DNA of 64,000 nt from a virus (IMGVR_UViG_3300021400_000025:310479-374478); one strand, 5' to 3'. Positions 33,375-46,816 are shown, numbered from the stretch's first letter. Notes: generated from the sequence alone by a model not told the origin. Numbers and translations are program-made.

Positions 33375-34124
33375 TCATGCTTTAAGTCCCCTCGTTGGAC
33401 TTGGAAGAACCAATCTCCTGCCATCATCAACACTTGACATCAACGTTGAGAAAAAGCCACATGGAGAACAATATGACGAAATCACTATCATGTGCGCCTT
33501 GAACTTCTCAAACTGCTCTGGCGAAAGTTCCCTTGCGTAAACTGAATTCAGCAAAAACCTGTCCAGATGACTCTTGCTCAACCCATTAAGGCTGTAGTTG
33601 TCCCAGAAATCGAACTCGTCAAGAATGTATGTATAGTTCTCGTTGGTCAAGTCATTTGCCATCATGGTGCTTGGAGATATGAAATGCACATTGTTTGGAG
33701 AATGAATGAACAAACCAGTGTCAGATATATTTCCATACAGCTCCTTCATGCGTTCCTTCATTCTCAAGTTTGGCTCGACGATGAACACATAATGGTCTGG
33801 ACCGAAGAATGTGGTTTTCCAATATGCGAACACGTTGTTTGCGGTTGATATTCCAATCTGACGTCCCTTTGCGCAGAAGAAAAAGTCTGGCGTTGTTGAA
33901 ATGCGCTTGAGATATTCCCTTTGCTGATGTGACATCTTCAACTTGCCGTAGAAATCATCGTCCACAACAAGGTAGTTGTCCACGAAGTAGAGAATGTCGT
34001 TCTTGCACTTCTCTAACTCAGTTGGCTCGGATTTGACCAACTTGCTGATTGCAAATGCTGGCATGCAACTGCAGGTTGCTCCAGCAAGCAACGAACCCAA
34101 AAATTGTTTTCTGTTGATGTTCAT
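33375..34124 (-). CDS. degenerate terminase-ATPase paralog with signal-peptide-like N-terminus
   Basis: KCKNDILYF (TerL: RCKNDVLYF), GRQIGIS, YILDE; N-terminus NRKQFLGSLLAGA...AFA. Confidence 0.7.
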   Translation of the reverse strand: MNINRKQFLGSLLAGATCSCMPAFAISKLVKSEPTELEKCKNDILYFVDNYLVVDDDFYGKLKMSHQQREYLKRISTTPDFFFCAKGRQIGISTANNVFAYWKTTFFGPDHYVFIVEPNLRMKERMKELYGNISDTGLFIHSPNNVHFISPSTMMANDLTNENYTYILDEFDFWDNYSLNGLSKSHLDRFLLNSVYARELSPEQFEKFKAHMIVISSYCSPCGFFSTLMSSVDDGRRLVLPSPTRGLKA

Positions 34125-34200
34125 AATATGTAATTATACAAAAATGCGCCTGGTGTATTTCAACCAGACGCATCCCCTTTGTTGTTGTGAGGAAGGGAGA

Positions 34201-35325
34201 TCAGACCTCATGGGATTCGTTGAGGTTCTTGCCGAACTTCTCGCGCCACTCCTTGTAGGACGGATGGCGCATCATCGTCATAACGGCCACGGACTTGGAA
34301 ACGCTCTCGGTTCCGGCACGCGCAGCCTGCATCGCCATCGTGGCGAAGGCGGGCGGGAGGAACATGGAAATGCGCAGGAAGCCATCCACCAGCTTCTTGG
34401 TCTCGGCATCGTCCTTGCCACGCCAGACATGATACACCATCGCGGAGCAAAGGGCATACTTGAGGTCGTCGCGAGACGGGACAACCACCTTCTTCTTGGG
34501 GTCGGTCATCATCTCAAGCACATTGTCCATCTGGGCAGACAACTTGTAGAACTCCATGAACTGCTGTCCGGCAGGGACGCCAACCAGACCATAGACGGCC
34601 TTGCGGAGAAGGGTCTCGTTCTTGAGAACCTTGCACATCTCGGAGACGCGCTCCCACGAACGAGGGGTCGGGAACCCACGCTCCAGATTCTGGTCATCCA
34701 CATCCAGAAGCATCTTCGGCTTGAAATTGATGAAGCCAACCACTGCCGGATGGACGCCATGCGAAACAGCCCACTCAGCCCAATCCTGGGCATTCGCCTC
34801 AATCTCAAGGTGCATCATGCGGTTGGCAAGCGCACTGGACATCGTGGTGGAGACTGCGCGGTCGCAAGAGCGGTTGCCGGCAGCCACAATCACCCACTTG
34901 GACGGCACCTTGTAGATGTCGCCCCCACCAAGCTGGCGGTCAAGGATCAACTCGTAGGACGCAACCTGGACATCCTTCGGCGCAGCGCTCAGCTCGTCGA
35001 GGAAGATGATGCCACCCTTGGAGTTGTCGGTGGGGAAGATGGACGAAGGAAGCCACTGGACGCAATGCTTCTCCTTGTCGGGAAGGGGAAGACCACGGAT
35101 GTCGATGGACTCCATCTGAGCCAATCTGACATCCACGAAGCCAAGACCCATTTCCTTGGCGAGGGACTTGACGATGGTGGACTTGCCCACTCCGGGCGCG
35201 CCCCAGACCATCACAGGGGGGAGGCTTGCCGACATGGTGTCGTCGGCCTGAACAGCCTCAATGGACGAGCGCAGGATGTCCTGCAACTCACTCGCGTGAA
35301 CCACATTATGCGTATTAATCGCCAT
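34201..35325 (-). CDS. MoxR-like AAA+ ATPase
   Basis: WGAPGVGKS, DIRGLP, IFLDEL, AAGNR, ALANR, TPRSWE. Confidence 0.9.
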   Translation of the reverse strand: MAINTHNVVHASELQDILRSSIEAVQADDTMSASLPPVMVWGAPGVGKSTIVKSLAKEMGLGFVDVRLAQMESIDIRGLPLPDKEKHCVQWLPSSIFPTDNSKGGIIFLDELSAAPKDVQVASYELILDRQLGGGDIYKVPSKWVIVAAGNRSCDRAVSTTMSSALANRMMHLEIEANAQDWAEWAVSHGVHPAVVGFINFKPKMLLDVDDQNLERGFPTPRSWERVSEMCKVLKNETLLRKAVYGLVGVPAGQQFMEFYKLSAQMDNVLEMMTDPKKKVVVPSRDDLKYALCSAMVYHVWRGKDDAETKKLVDGFLRISMFLPPAFATMAMQAARAGTESVSKSVAVMTMMRHPSYKEWREKFGKNLNESHEV

Positions 35326-35407
35326 AACCAACTATCTCCTTCTAGGGAACTCGTGGGCATCCCAATCTCCCATAGGAGAGAACCCTTCTCTCCCTCACAA
35401 CGCCTAT

Positions 35408-35436
35408 ATTATATCATATTTCAGAGAGGAGCACAA
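35408..35436 (-). promoter_or_regulatory. strong sigma70-type (early) promoter
   Basis: CCCC-TTGTGC-17 nt (TG extension)-TATAAT. Confidence 0.75.
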
Positions 35437-35476
35437 GGGGGTTTGCGAAAATAATTTCATTTTCATAATTGAAAAA

Positions 35477-38400
35477 TCAAGGCAATTTCTCATAGACATT
35501 GTTGATTTGTTCAATATCTTTGGATATGCCAAAGAGCATTTTGGAGATTCGCCATGCGCAGAACTCCTCAGGCTCTGGCAATACGCCAATCACCTTGTAT
35601 TTGTACCACGCAATGAGATCCAGATTTGGCTCCTGTTCCTCGAAGTTCAACCCAAGATTTCCAGAAGGTGGATATGCAGATGTTGTGCCAGCTCTGCAGC
35701 AATATTCCCATTGGGCCTCTGTTGGAAGGTCGAAGTTGATGCCACCCTCCTTCCCAGAACACCATTCCTTCTTGCGTTTGGACTTTGTAAGTCCTAGGCA
35801 GTTGTCACGCGCTTCCATCAAATATGGCATCAATGGGCTTTCCCCGAACTAGTCATATTCCCCATCAGCAATTTGGGCAACAGCCTGTTCTATTGTTTTA
35901 CCCTATCCAACCAAAGTATCAATTTTCTGTTCATACCACTTAACTTGACCTTTGAATGTTTCTGTCTCCCATTCTGAATCCGGTGGAGGTTCAGAGTTTC
36001 CATATATTCTCCTCTGGGTCTGGAACACCACATTGCGGTTGAGGATGTCCATGAAGGATTCTGTTCCAGATCGAGTGTTCATCTGGAACTCATCGCCTTT
36101 GTTGGAATCTATGATGTAGTCGTTTCCAGATGGTACACCACGATTCACATAAGTCTGACCGGTTCCTCTGACATCTTTGTATGTGGCGTAGTAGTATGGG
36201 CGGGTGTCTTCAAGTGGATTGTATATACCATCTGCAATCAATTCCCCAATGAAGATGTCGTCATCGTCAACAGTATATCCCACTTGTTCTGAGGTTCTAG
36301 TCTTGCTTCGATATTCCTCCTTCAATTGCGCCCATTCCTCCTTCTCCCACACAGACAGGTACTTCCAATAGGACTTCTGCATCTCAGGCAATTTGTCGGC
36401 AAGATAAGTTCTTGCAGAAGATTGGGCATTCTATCCATGCACATAGCACCACTGGGCAATCGTCAACGCGAACGGGTCAATGAAGAAATGCTTGTTCTTG
36501 AAATACTTCTTCACCATCTTTGGCGTTCGCACATATCCAGTTTCATCTGGATTTTTGCCATTTTTATCCTGGAGTAAAATGACTTCACCATTCTTATCCC
36601 TTGCTTCAACCTCAATGTTGTTGTACAAATCCTTGTCTTTATCATACCCATCTGGATCTGTGGAATCATCGTCCAAGTTCTTGTTGACATACTGTTTTTG
36701 ATATGAACCACCATTGCCGAGAACCACCTTGGCGTGGTCGTTCTTGGCTTGAATGAGGACAGAATCATCGTCGGCATATCTGATTTTGGACTCCTTGCGA
36801 ATCTAGTCATAGTCGCTGGCGTGGCTCCCCATGCTGAATTCAACGAACTTGTCCCCGGAGATGGCATCCACTCTGCTGAGAACCATCTTGCTCGTCTTGT
36901 ATTCGTTCTGGTTGACAGATATGTTGGATGCGAACTTCATTGGGAATTTGCCAGTGATGTCGTCAGAAGATGCCGTTGGGTTCAAGTCCACGATGCAATG
37001 GGTGAATTGGAACTGCTTCCCAGCCTGGAACTGGCCATTCTTGAATGAATTACTGAATATCACATTTGAACCTTCAAAATCCATTATGGGCAGAACCTTC
37101 ATCGCCAATGTGTTCTCCTCGTCCTCGTAGTCAGTGACAAGTCTCCCCTTGGAGTCAGTGAGATTGGAAAGTATCTGGGAATGCCAACGATACGCCATCA
37201 TCAATGGCATTGCTTTCTTCAGATTGACATAGAAATCATATATCTTCCCATAGTTGTTCTGCCAATACTGATCATTTCCAGACTTCCTGCTAACGGATGA
37301 GTCGAGGGCTTTGGCTATGATTGCGTCTCGCCAATAGTCTGGATATTTTTTGTTTTTGGTTGGATACAGAAGCTCAGCAAGCACACTTTCATCATCAATT
37401 TTCTTGCCGCTGGCCATCGCTACTCTGGATGAAGTCAAGGTTTCTTTTGTCGTGTTGATTGGCTTGTTCCTCGCGTCCAACGTCACAATCTTCAAAACAC
37501 CCCCTGATTCATCATATCCATAACCATTATAATCCACAGTGACATAATCCACTGGTTGATATATGTCTTTTGAATCGCCATTCAAGTTGAAGGACAGCGA
37601 ACTGTATATGTAGTCCAAGAGACCAGAAAATGTTGTGTCTGTTCCTTTTGGGGCTTGATTATAGTCCCATTTGAATGCACCCTTCCAAGTCCAATCTGCG
37701 TAGAACACAACGTAGTCCACTGTGTCAGCATCAAGAAGTTTGCGCTGTGTTGTCCAATCTGAAATTGTATAGATGTGGACATTTGCAATCTACAACTATC
37801 CCAAGACATTTTCATTTAATAATTCCGCCAATTTGTCATCTTGATCAGTTCCAGTATAATCATACCCACGCCCCAATTGGGTGAACAAATATTGGCAGAC
37901 ATATCTGGAGTTGCCGAAGATGTCAGAAACAGACAATGGTTTGTTTGTAGAGGTTTTTGATTTGTTGAACCCTTCTTGTTTTTTTGTTCTCCATTTCCAT
38001 GGAACACACAACACAAACACAATATCCTTCTTATTGGTATCATTGATCAATTTCTATATTGTATCCCATTTGATGTTCTTCCTTCTTCCGAAGACTATTG
38101 TGTTGGTGTCATATGGATTGGCCATCGTGTTTCCAAACACTGCTCTAAACGTGGTGTAATGTGACGATTTGACTTTATTGTTGGCTTGGCTTTGCTTTTT
38201 CCACCACTTTATGCAGGAATTCGTCACATCCGTCCAAGAAGTGACATTGTTGCTGGGATCTTGCAAATCTGGAGGGAGCATTCTGTTCTTCAAGTCATCA
38301 GTGAACAAGTCATCGTTTGGCAAGAACATGCTCTCTGGATCAGACTTGAAGTTTTTCAGTGGCGCAGGCGCATTCGAGTCAGACACCATGATATATGTGT

Positions 38401-41400
38401 TGGTTGGTGGTATCTATTGCGCAGTGGCCAAGTATTGGCGCAGAGCATGGAAGCCGAGCGTGTTCGCGCCATTGTAGTGCATTTTCTTGGACTTTCCATC
38501 TGATTCATAGACATATCCTGGAAATGCGCCTTTGCCAAGACCATTCCATTGACTCAACCCAAACACCTGTCGGACAAACTGGCTTGTGGACAGTCCATAC
38601 CATCCATCCATGCTCTGGGTTGCTGCTATCTTGGATGACAACTTTGAATCATTTGGCAAAGAACGTGGTTTCAAAGTGGTGACTGTGTGATCCCAAGTTC
38701 TTTTGCCATTGCCTCCATCCTCAAACAGAATCCTTCTGATTTCTGCCGCAGAATCCAGCATGCCCGTTGTTCCACTATCATTCACATCTATGTTGACCAG
38801 AAAATCATTCAACGCCGAGCGATCAGCATCCCGCAGGACATCCAGACAATATGGGTCAAGCACATCAGATTTGGTCTCGCCAGACTGCACCAAGCACCCC
38901 TTCTTGTCTTTGGTGATGTCTGGAATGTACTTTTTCCAGGATTCTTTTGATCCTGAATATTTATCATATGTTCGGGACATTTCATTGTCGAACTCGTTGG
39001 AATACACGAACACCAACCTGGGGACATTCTTTCTGAACACATAGCCAAAGGGGTTTCCAGCATCTCCCGTCTTGGGTGCGCACCACCCACCGTTCAGCAG
39101 ACGATATATCGTATGGGTTATGTCTTCGCATCCGGCCCACCAATTGGACAATGTTCCCTTTCCATCGCCATGCTTCCCAAACGGCCACTCAAATGTGTTC
39201 TTGCCCCCTGGGGTTGGGTCATATGTGTAGAATTGTTGTGAGGTGTAGAATGGATTGTCGTCCACCTCCCCATCGCCATCATTTGTTTTAATGTTGTATT
39301 TCTTCCAGAACTCGTTTTCTTCTTCCCCTTTTGCTATCCCACCAAAGTGAAGGATGGCTGTATCATCATCTCCAGGGGTCAGATATTCCTTCCACGCTGG
39401 AACACCACAGAAGATGTTCATGCTGAAATCTTTGCCAGAAAACGAAGGAGATACTAGCCATTGTTTAACATATGTTCCAGTTAAATCTATGTCAATTCCT
39501 CCTCCACCACCGCCTGGACCAGGCACTGGATTTGGAGGAGTCTATCCCCCAACTCCACTGACGTCACCTCTGGCAGTCATCATCAACTTCGCTCTGTTGG
39601 ATGATGGTGGTGTATAGTTCATCCATTCATCGTTCTGGAATTCTCTGAACTTGAACAGAAGTCCTCCTTTTGTCTTCAAACCGTCCCTCTCTTCGAACAC
39701 CGCTTTCCAATTCAAGTTGTCTGGACTAACACTAAGCCAATCATATGCCCCCTGTTTGACTGGGCCTTGAACCCAACCTGTGTGGGCAGAATTGGGGACA
39801 AATGAACTATATGGACATGAACTGTAAACACCCATATTGTCACAATTATAATACTTGTATGGATCACTATATGTGGCTGAACCCCATATTGGTAGTGGAA
39901 CACCAAAGACCTTCACCACTCCCAGACGGGGTCTTTGTCCCCATACTCTGACACTTTCGCTTTCCTCAAAGCTCCAAGCATGTTGTGTAACCTTCTTCAC
40001 TTTCTTGGCGCACATCAAGCGCAATCTTGGTCCGAGGAACAACGCTGAACCCACATGGCATATGTCTTGTTGTTCCAGATCATTATTGTTTGATGGCGAG
40101 CCGGCGAAGAACTTGACAATCTTCTTCGCAGAATCAACCATGTCAGTCACCTGGTGATCCTGTGAACCAGAGGCATCGAACAAGAAGAACAAATCCACCG
40201 GCTGTCCACGCGACCATCCACCCTCGTTCTCGGATGTGAACACCATTGATGGTCTGAATCCAACATTCCCCCCATTGCCATCAACATGATGCTTCGAGCA
40301 GAACTGATCCCACTTCAGCCCCTCTCTGCTTGGCGATATCGTCTTGCGGCAGAATTCGTCATATGCTCCACCCTTGATGACCTTCTTTGGCGATTCTTCA
40401 CCACTCTATGTTCCCACAATTGGATTCACCTTGCCATTCAACTTGGAAATAGGATTGTCAGATTCATCCCAATCGTCTCTCACCCATTCCCAGACATTTC
40501 CAAGCATGTCGTACATCTCAATCTCCTGCGAGGGAGACTGCAACTTTCCCACTCTATGGATCATCAAATCGTTGAACGTCCACTCGTATCTCCAATACAA
40601 CTGTGGTATCACTTGGAAGGTTATGCCCTTGAGTTGCTCCACGGTGACGTCATGCACATCATCTGTCATCGTCTCCATGCTTGTGTACAACGGAATTATC
40701 TGTCTGTTCATCACCACTTGTTGGATGTGCCTAATCCACTTCTTGGTTGGGTCGTCCTTCTGCCTTTCAGACTGTGGATACTCGACATCCAGGTTCAAGG
40801 GGGAAATCATGTTCACATCCACATCCCCCAGATTCTTGGCATATGTCGCGTGGTCGCCAATCGTGTAGCTGGTTGGGAGATCCCCATTCTGATGTCCCTT
40901 GTATATGTGATACTCTGAAGATTCTTCTGAAGATGGTCTTATGCCAGTTTCTTCTGAATCCACTCCATCAAGGGTGGACACCACGAAATTATGCCTATGC
41001 TGGCGTATCTTCTCGAAACTCCAAGTGTCCTCGTTCTCATCTGAATCTGGTTTTTTCCTCACATCCCCAGTGAACATCACCAACGATGACTCATGCTCCC
41101 TTGCGTTCCTCTCCAAGATGGACGAGATTTGGACAAATGAGTTCGTCCACTGCACAACACAAGGATTTCCTTCATATGTGTTGGACTTGTCTATGCTCCC
41201 AAATGTGAAGTCATCTTTTACTGGATGTGCTGCCTATGTCTGCTTGTATGTGCGGTAGATGCCCTTGACAATCTTGTGGGTTCTGGCTTCAAGTTCACTC
41301 CACGAAGATTGATCGTTCCCGAGGGGGCGGTGCTTGTTCTTGAACCACTTGATGAAGACATAGTGCCTCACCACATTCCACAGATTCCATGTCATTGGTC

Positions 41401-44400
41401 TGTCCTTGATGGATTCCAGGATGTCTTCATTCAATTCATCTGGGACGAATCCATTGAATGCTCCATCGCCATGCGCATTCTCCCCCAGCCAATACTTGTC
41501 CTCGGTTGGGTCTTCATGCTGGTTGGTTCCGAATGGCGAGTCCTGATGCACCTTCCACTTCTCGTTGGAGCCTGCGCAATTTGGGTCGAACGCCCCCTTG
41601 TAGACGTTTCCTGAATTGTCCCCCTGCAGGACTGTGCCACCAAGATTGTTGCGCGAGAAATCAGCGCCCAATGTGTGCTGGACAGCATGCCATCTCTGCT
41701 CGGAGACCACCTTGTCCACAGTCTTCCTTATGGGATTTCCTGTGGTGGGATCGATCGTGACCTGCTCATCGTTCCTCAACTGTGGTCCAGAATAGCACCA
41801 ACCACCTTTCTCGTAGTTCAACTTGGCGTTGCTTTCAAGCCCATAGCAATCCACTGTCGGACCATTGTTGTCGGCGCCCCTGTTGCGCCACCAGAAGACG
41901 AATGGCATTATGTCCTCAATCTCAACAACCTCTTCCTGCCCCTCCAATGGCTCAACCATCGTTATGTAGAACCACACGGAATCCTCATCGAAGTCGTCTA
42001 TGGCATGGGCTTGTCCAAGGTTGTGATTGTACTTGAAAGCACCATCGTCCTTCAGAAGATACGAGCCTGTCTTGTCGTAATCGTCAACCCAATCGTGTTC
42101 CGGGAATCTGAATGTGTCTGGATCAAGGTTGGGGCATTCAGAACCATATACAGCGTTGAAATCGTTGTCGATTGCAGTCAGTTCCTTCAACTGCGAGAAC
42201 GAGAGCATGCTTCTGGGCTTCATGGCGAGGACTTCAAGGGCGTTCTTCCCATGATGATGCCTTGCCAGAAATTCGCATGTTTTGACAACATCGCCAAACT
42301 CTGAATCCAGATTTCTCCCCTGATTGCTGGTCTCGAATATGACGCCGTTGATGTGGTCGGAATTGGATGGGCGTTCCTTTGGCCCATATGTGTCCAACAT
42401 GAACGAAAACAACTCGTTGTTCCGCCTCTTGTTGAAGAATGGCTGGATGAAGTATGTCCAGTCCCTTCTGCCGTAGAGATAGCACCATGTGTCCTTGGCA
42501 TTGTCTTCGAGACGGCCATCAATCTTGTCGCCAATCCACTTCTTGTAGATGTTGGCAAGATCGCTGTCCAATTGGAGGAAGTTGTTCCCCCCAATCCTGT
42601 TGTGGTGGTCGTAGGAGGACGGAACATACAACGCCTGTTCGTTGTACTGCATGTCCACCATCGTCTTGGATGGGATTGTACACCACCCAAACACGCCATA
42701 GTCGTTGTTCACATCTGCCTCGTACTTGGTCTCCGCTCCTTGGCACTCGTCGAATATGTCTCTGACGTTTGGCATCACCAATGGGCGATACTTCTTCACC
42801 ACTGATGTGAATGTCTGAACCTGCTTGTTGTTGCGCTGTATCTCCGGGCCCCTTGTGGGCACAAAGTCGTTCATGTCGGTGGGGGACTGGATTGCCGAAT
42901 TTCCATGCAGATGCAATGGCTCCACGGCATAGTATTCCTGCCACACATCCACAAGCACTGGCAAGGGGTTTCCATTTCTGTCCTGCACTTGCACAAGACC
43001 CCTCTTGTAGTCGTAGCAGAGCCAGTCCTCGGAATAGTGACAGCCATCGTGCATCAAATCTCTGTTCACTGGGGATATTGGAGTCTTGACCGACCCATTG
43101 GATGTGCAAATCAACTTTCCATCCACCACCTGGTTCGCGGCGTGGAGATTGGAGAACTTCAACTCCACAGTTGGCTCGAACGAAATCCAATGGCTTCCAC
43201 AGATGATTGGAGAGGTGGCTTCTTCTTCCCCTTCACACACTATATCGTCAGTGTCTGGATTGCACACCAGGGAATTGGGCACAGTCCAACCATACCACCA
43301 GTTGGTCTCATCCTCAATCCATTCCTTGAAGAAGAACTCTGTCTCGGCTATGTGGATGTTGATTTTGAACAATGCGTTCAGAAGGTTCTTGACGTCCTCT
43401 ATTTGGATCAGAGACCCGGGCTGGAAATCCACATTGGCGTTCCACACCCCCTCAATCATCTTCAGATATGGGCAACCAGGTTCAGTCTTCCAATTGTAGT
43501 CCCGAGGATGCATGCCACCAAATGTGCATACATTCCTTTCCGCGGCATAGTATTCGCATTCAAGATCATCTGGGTCGCTTCGTCCATCCATCATTGGGCA
43601 TATCACCAATGGCGTCTGACTGACCACGATTTCCTCGTCTGGGAAGGTCTGCATCTTGTCATATACTGCTTCGAACACGCAATCGGAAAGCACTGTATAT
43701 GAAGACGAAATGTTCCCCGACTTCAATTTCCAATATCTGAACACGCATCCATTAGGAACATCTGCTTCTGGGACCACATGTCCCTTGAGGGGAGAGTTTT
43801 CCTGCACTAGATATGACTGTGTCTTTTCAGGTTCATCATCATCGGTTCCCCATTTGAATGTCACATTGAAATACTGGGAAGTGTCTTTGCCCAATCGGGC
43901 GTTCACCACGAAGTTCCATGTGGAGACATTGGTCGGATGGCACATCACACTTCCATCTTGACCATCGCACACAATTGGAGAGGTATCTTTGCACACGATG
44001 TCGCCTGATGTTGCTCCACCACACACAATGTAGTCAGGTGGTGGATTGAGTGGGTTGAGGCACACGATGTCGTCATTGTCGCACACAACAAACGATTGCG
44101 AGTTGTCCAACTCCCCATCCAATATCCTGCCTTCTGGCTGATCCCACCCCAAGAACACCCAGTCGTTCTTCATGCCTGGAGGACATGTTGGGTAGACCAA
44201 TTTCCCATCAGTGGTGGAGACCAGCACTTCACAATATACCTTGCCATTCACCTCGAAATCCACCCTGCTCCAAGTGGCGTCCTCCCATTGGGCGGAGAAC
44301 ACAACCACAGGAGAAGAGGATCCCACATTGCCTTGTATCCGAACCCTGTTGCCTGGACTGAATCTATTGTCCAAATCGAATTGGGAAGTCATGCATCTCC

Positions 44401-46816
44401 AATTGGCGAATCTGCGCAAATCCACCTTGTCCTGTGAATCCTCCACGGATTTCCATTCATCATCATCATGGTATGTGAATCTGGATATCTTCTGCGAATC
44501 ATCCAATGTGAAACCACATTCAGGAAGGGAGAACATCTGGTTGGATGCCACCACAATGTCGGGCATCGTCCCCTGGACAACAGATGTCTTCTCCCCCGGA
44601 CTGAACTTGACTATGAAGGACTTGGGCTTCCATCTGGCATACAACGCAATCCCACGCATTCCGTCGAAGTTGGCCAGATCAAGAAAACCATCCAATCCCA
44701 GAATGTCATCCCCATTGGGGGTGGTTGAGAATCCCACCAGTTCATAGTCCACCTGATTTTCGCCATCTGTGTATCTGGGGGAGGACGAAATCATGCCACC
44801 AAGACTTGACATGGCAAGGGGGAACATGGATGATTCTGCGTGAAGATATACATACTTGGGACGTCCCTCGGCGTCAAACTCCACATCATCATGTTCAATG
44901 TTGACAAGTCCATCAAAATCCACATCAGATTCGATCATCTCCATCCCATTGCCCAGATTGAACCTGACAACAAGGAACACATGTCCATCTGGGAGGTAGG
45001 TCTGGACGCTGGGAGCGGCCCTCATCTTCATGCGCAAATCCCATGGCAGTCCTGAGACCCCCTCCACATCATCACGATTCTCCTTGCACAATGGACATAG
45101 GTTCCAAGCACGATCCCTGTCTTTTATGTAGCTGGCAATCTTCTTCTCAAGAACCTTCTGGAAATTGCGCAGCGTGGAAATCTCGTCGGAAGAAAGCCCA
45201 ATCTCACCATTTAGCTGATCGTCAGTGTATGCAGCCAATTTCCTCAGATATCTGACATACGGAACCTCATCACCCTCATAGAAGTACACCTGCCTGTTTT
45301 TGTCAGAGTTGAAGATGGATTCTGAATCCAGATATTTGAAGCCCATGTCAACATTGAAATGCCGATTGAACGTCTCCTTGGTCGTGGACTTGAACTTCAA
45401 GTATCTGTACAACCTGGAGAACACGCGCTCAATCACGATTGCGCACTGACCCTGGGAATACTAGATGATGTGTTCAGGATTGAATTCCTCTATTGCATTG
45501 GTCGATGAATTGTAGATGTTGAAGATTTTTTCGTTCTTGATCACGCTGAATGCATCCTCAAGCGCGTCAAATCCAAGTTCAAGCATCCTCTGCTTCTTGC
45601 CAATTCCAAGATCAACGCCAGATGGCTTGACTGTGGCATCTGTGTCTATGAACTCCTTGTAGTCTTGTGGAGACATCACCTCATATGCCCTTCCAAGATG
45701 AAGATTGGTGTATTTGGTGAAATCAGACTTGTTTGCCTCCGAATATACCTTGCCATTCTGGTGGAACCAATCGAAGTCTCCATTCGAGTAATCGCACACA
45801 ACATCTTTGGCATCATGCTTATATACAATGTCATGAATCTTGCCCAGCACTCCCCTTGGAGTCACATAGTCAGAACGTTGGTCATGTATGGACTTCGCGT
45901 TCCTCTTCAGCTCATCCCAAAGATCATCGTCCCAGATATATGATGTCCCATTTTCGTCCTTCGTCACGGACATTGGATTCATGTCCAGATATTCATCGTT
46001 GAAGGGATACTGCTCGTCTATGGCACGATACAGAAATTGATACCAGATGTCAAGGGCAAGAATGCCCTCCCATTCAGTGTGTGGCTGCTTGAATCCATAC
46101 ACAACATAGCTCATGCGGATGTTGGACATCTTGGCGAACAACTCGGCGATGTGTTCGCAGAAGGTGTAGATGTACGCCTTTGCGTCAGTTTCCTCAGATA
46201 TCGTTCGTCTGAACGAGTCCTTGACATCCTCAATGTCCTTTTGGAGGTTCCTCAGTCTGTATAGATTGGTGGAGATGGGGTGTCTGTTTTCGTCCACCTG
46301 GTCATTCTATGCATTGTATTTCCCACAGTTGTAGTCGTTGAGGAACTGGTCAGAGTAGATTCCAGTCCTTGCCATGTCAGGATTTTCTTCAACTTCATAT
46401 CTGGTCTGAGAATAGTCTATGAACGGCGTGTAGGTGAATGAATCAAGGAAGAACCTTCTGTTGTCCCTGTATTTCTGAAGCAAATCATTGTTCTCATACT
46501 GGGACTGGAACCAGTTATTGCCATTGCCCATCATCTGCTCCATGAAATCCTGGAGCATGATTCTGTCAATATGGTCGAATGGCGTGTTCAGCCTGTCCAT
46601 GATGTTGGCCCAATATAGAGGGTCGTTGCTGCCAGCCTCTAGAGTCATGTTGGACGCAAATTCCCTTGGACCCTTTCCCTGAAGCATGCCAAATCTATTC
46701 GTGCCAGATTCTTGCCCATGTGGAGGAGTTCCGTTGTCAACCTTCTCAGGCCTCATCACATCCTCTATGAACCCTTCCACTTGTCCCTCAATCAATGTTT
46801 TGATGGCATCGTACAT
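35477..46816 (-). CDS. giant (~3779 aa) fibre/adhesin-like protein with B-repeat-like, FGE-sulfatase-fold and vWA segments, 13 in-frame TAG
   Basis: twelve ORF-track pieces lie in one frame separated only by TAG; ends TGA 35477; motifs YDMLGNVWEW, LPTEAQWEY, FLFDASGS; GTAAATA upstream. Confidence 0.85.

Noticed and set aside
40250-40400. Diversity-generating retroelement variable repeat at the FGE C-terminus
   Set aside because: No template repeat or reverse transcriptase seen in this window; cannot be excluded elsewhere in the genome
35477-46816. Interpretation as many small genes or a decayed pseudogene
   Set aside because: All breaks are in-frame TAG with no frameshifts, and motifs continue across them
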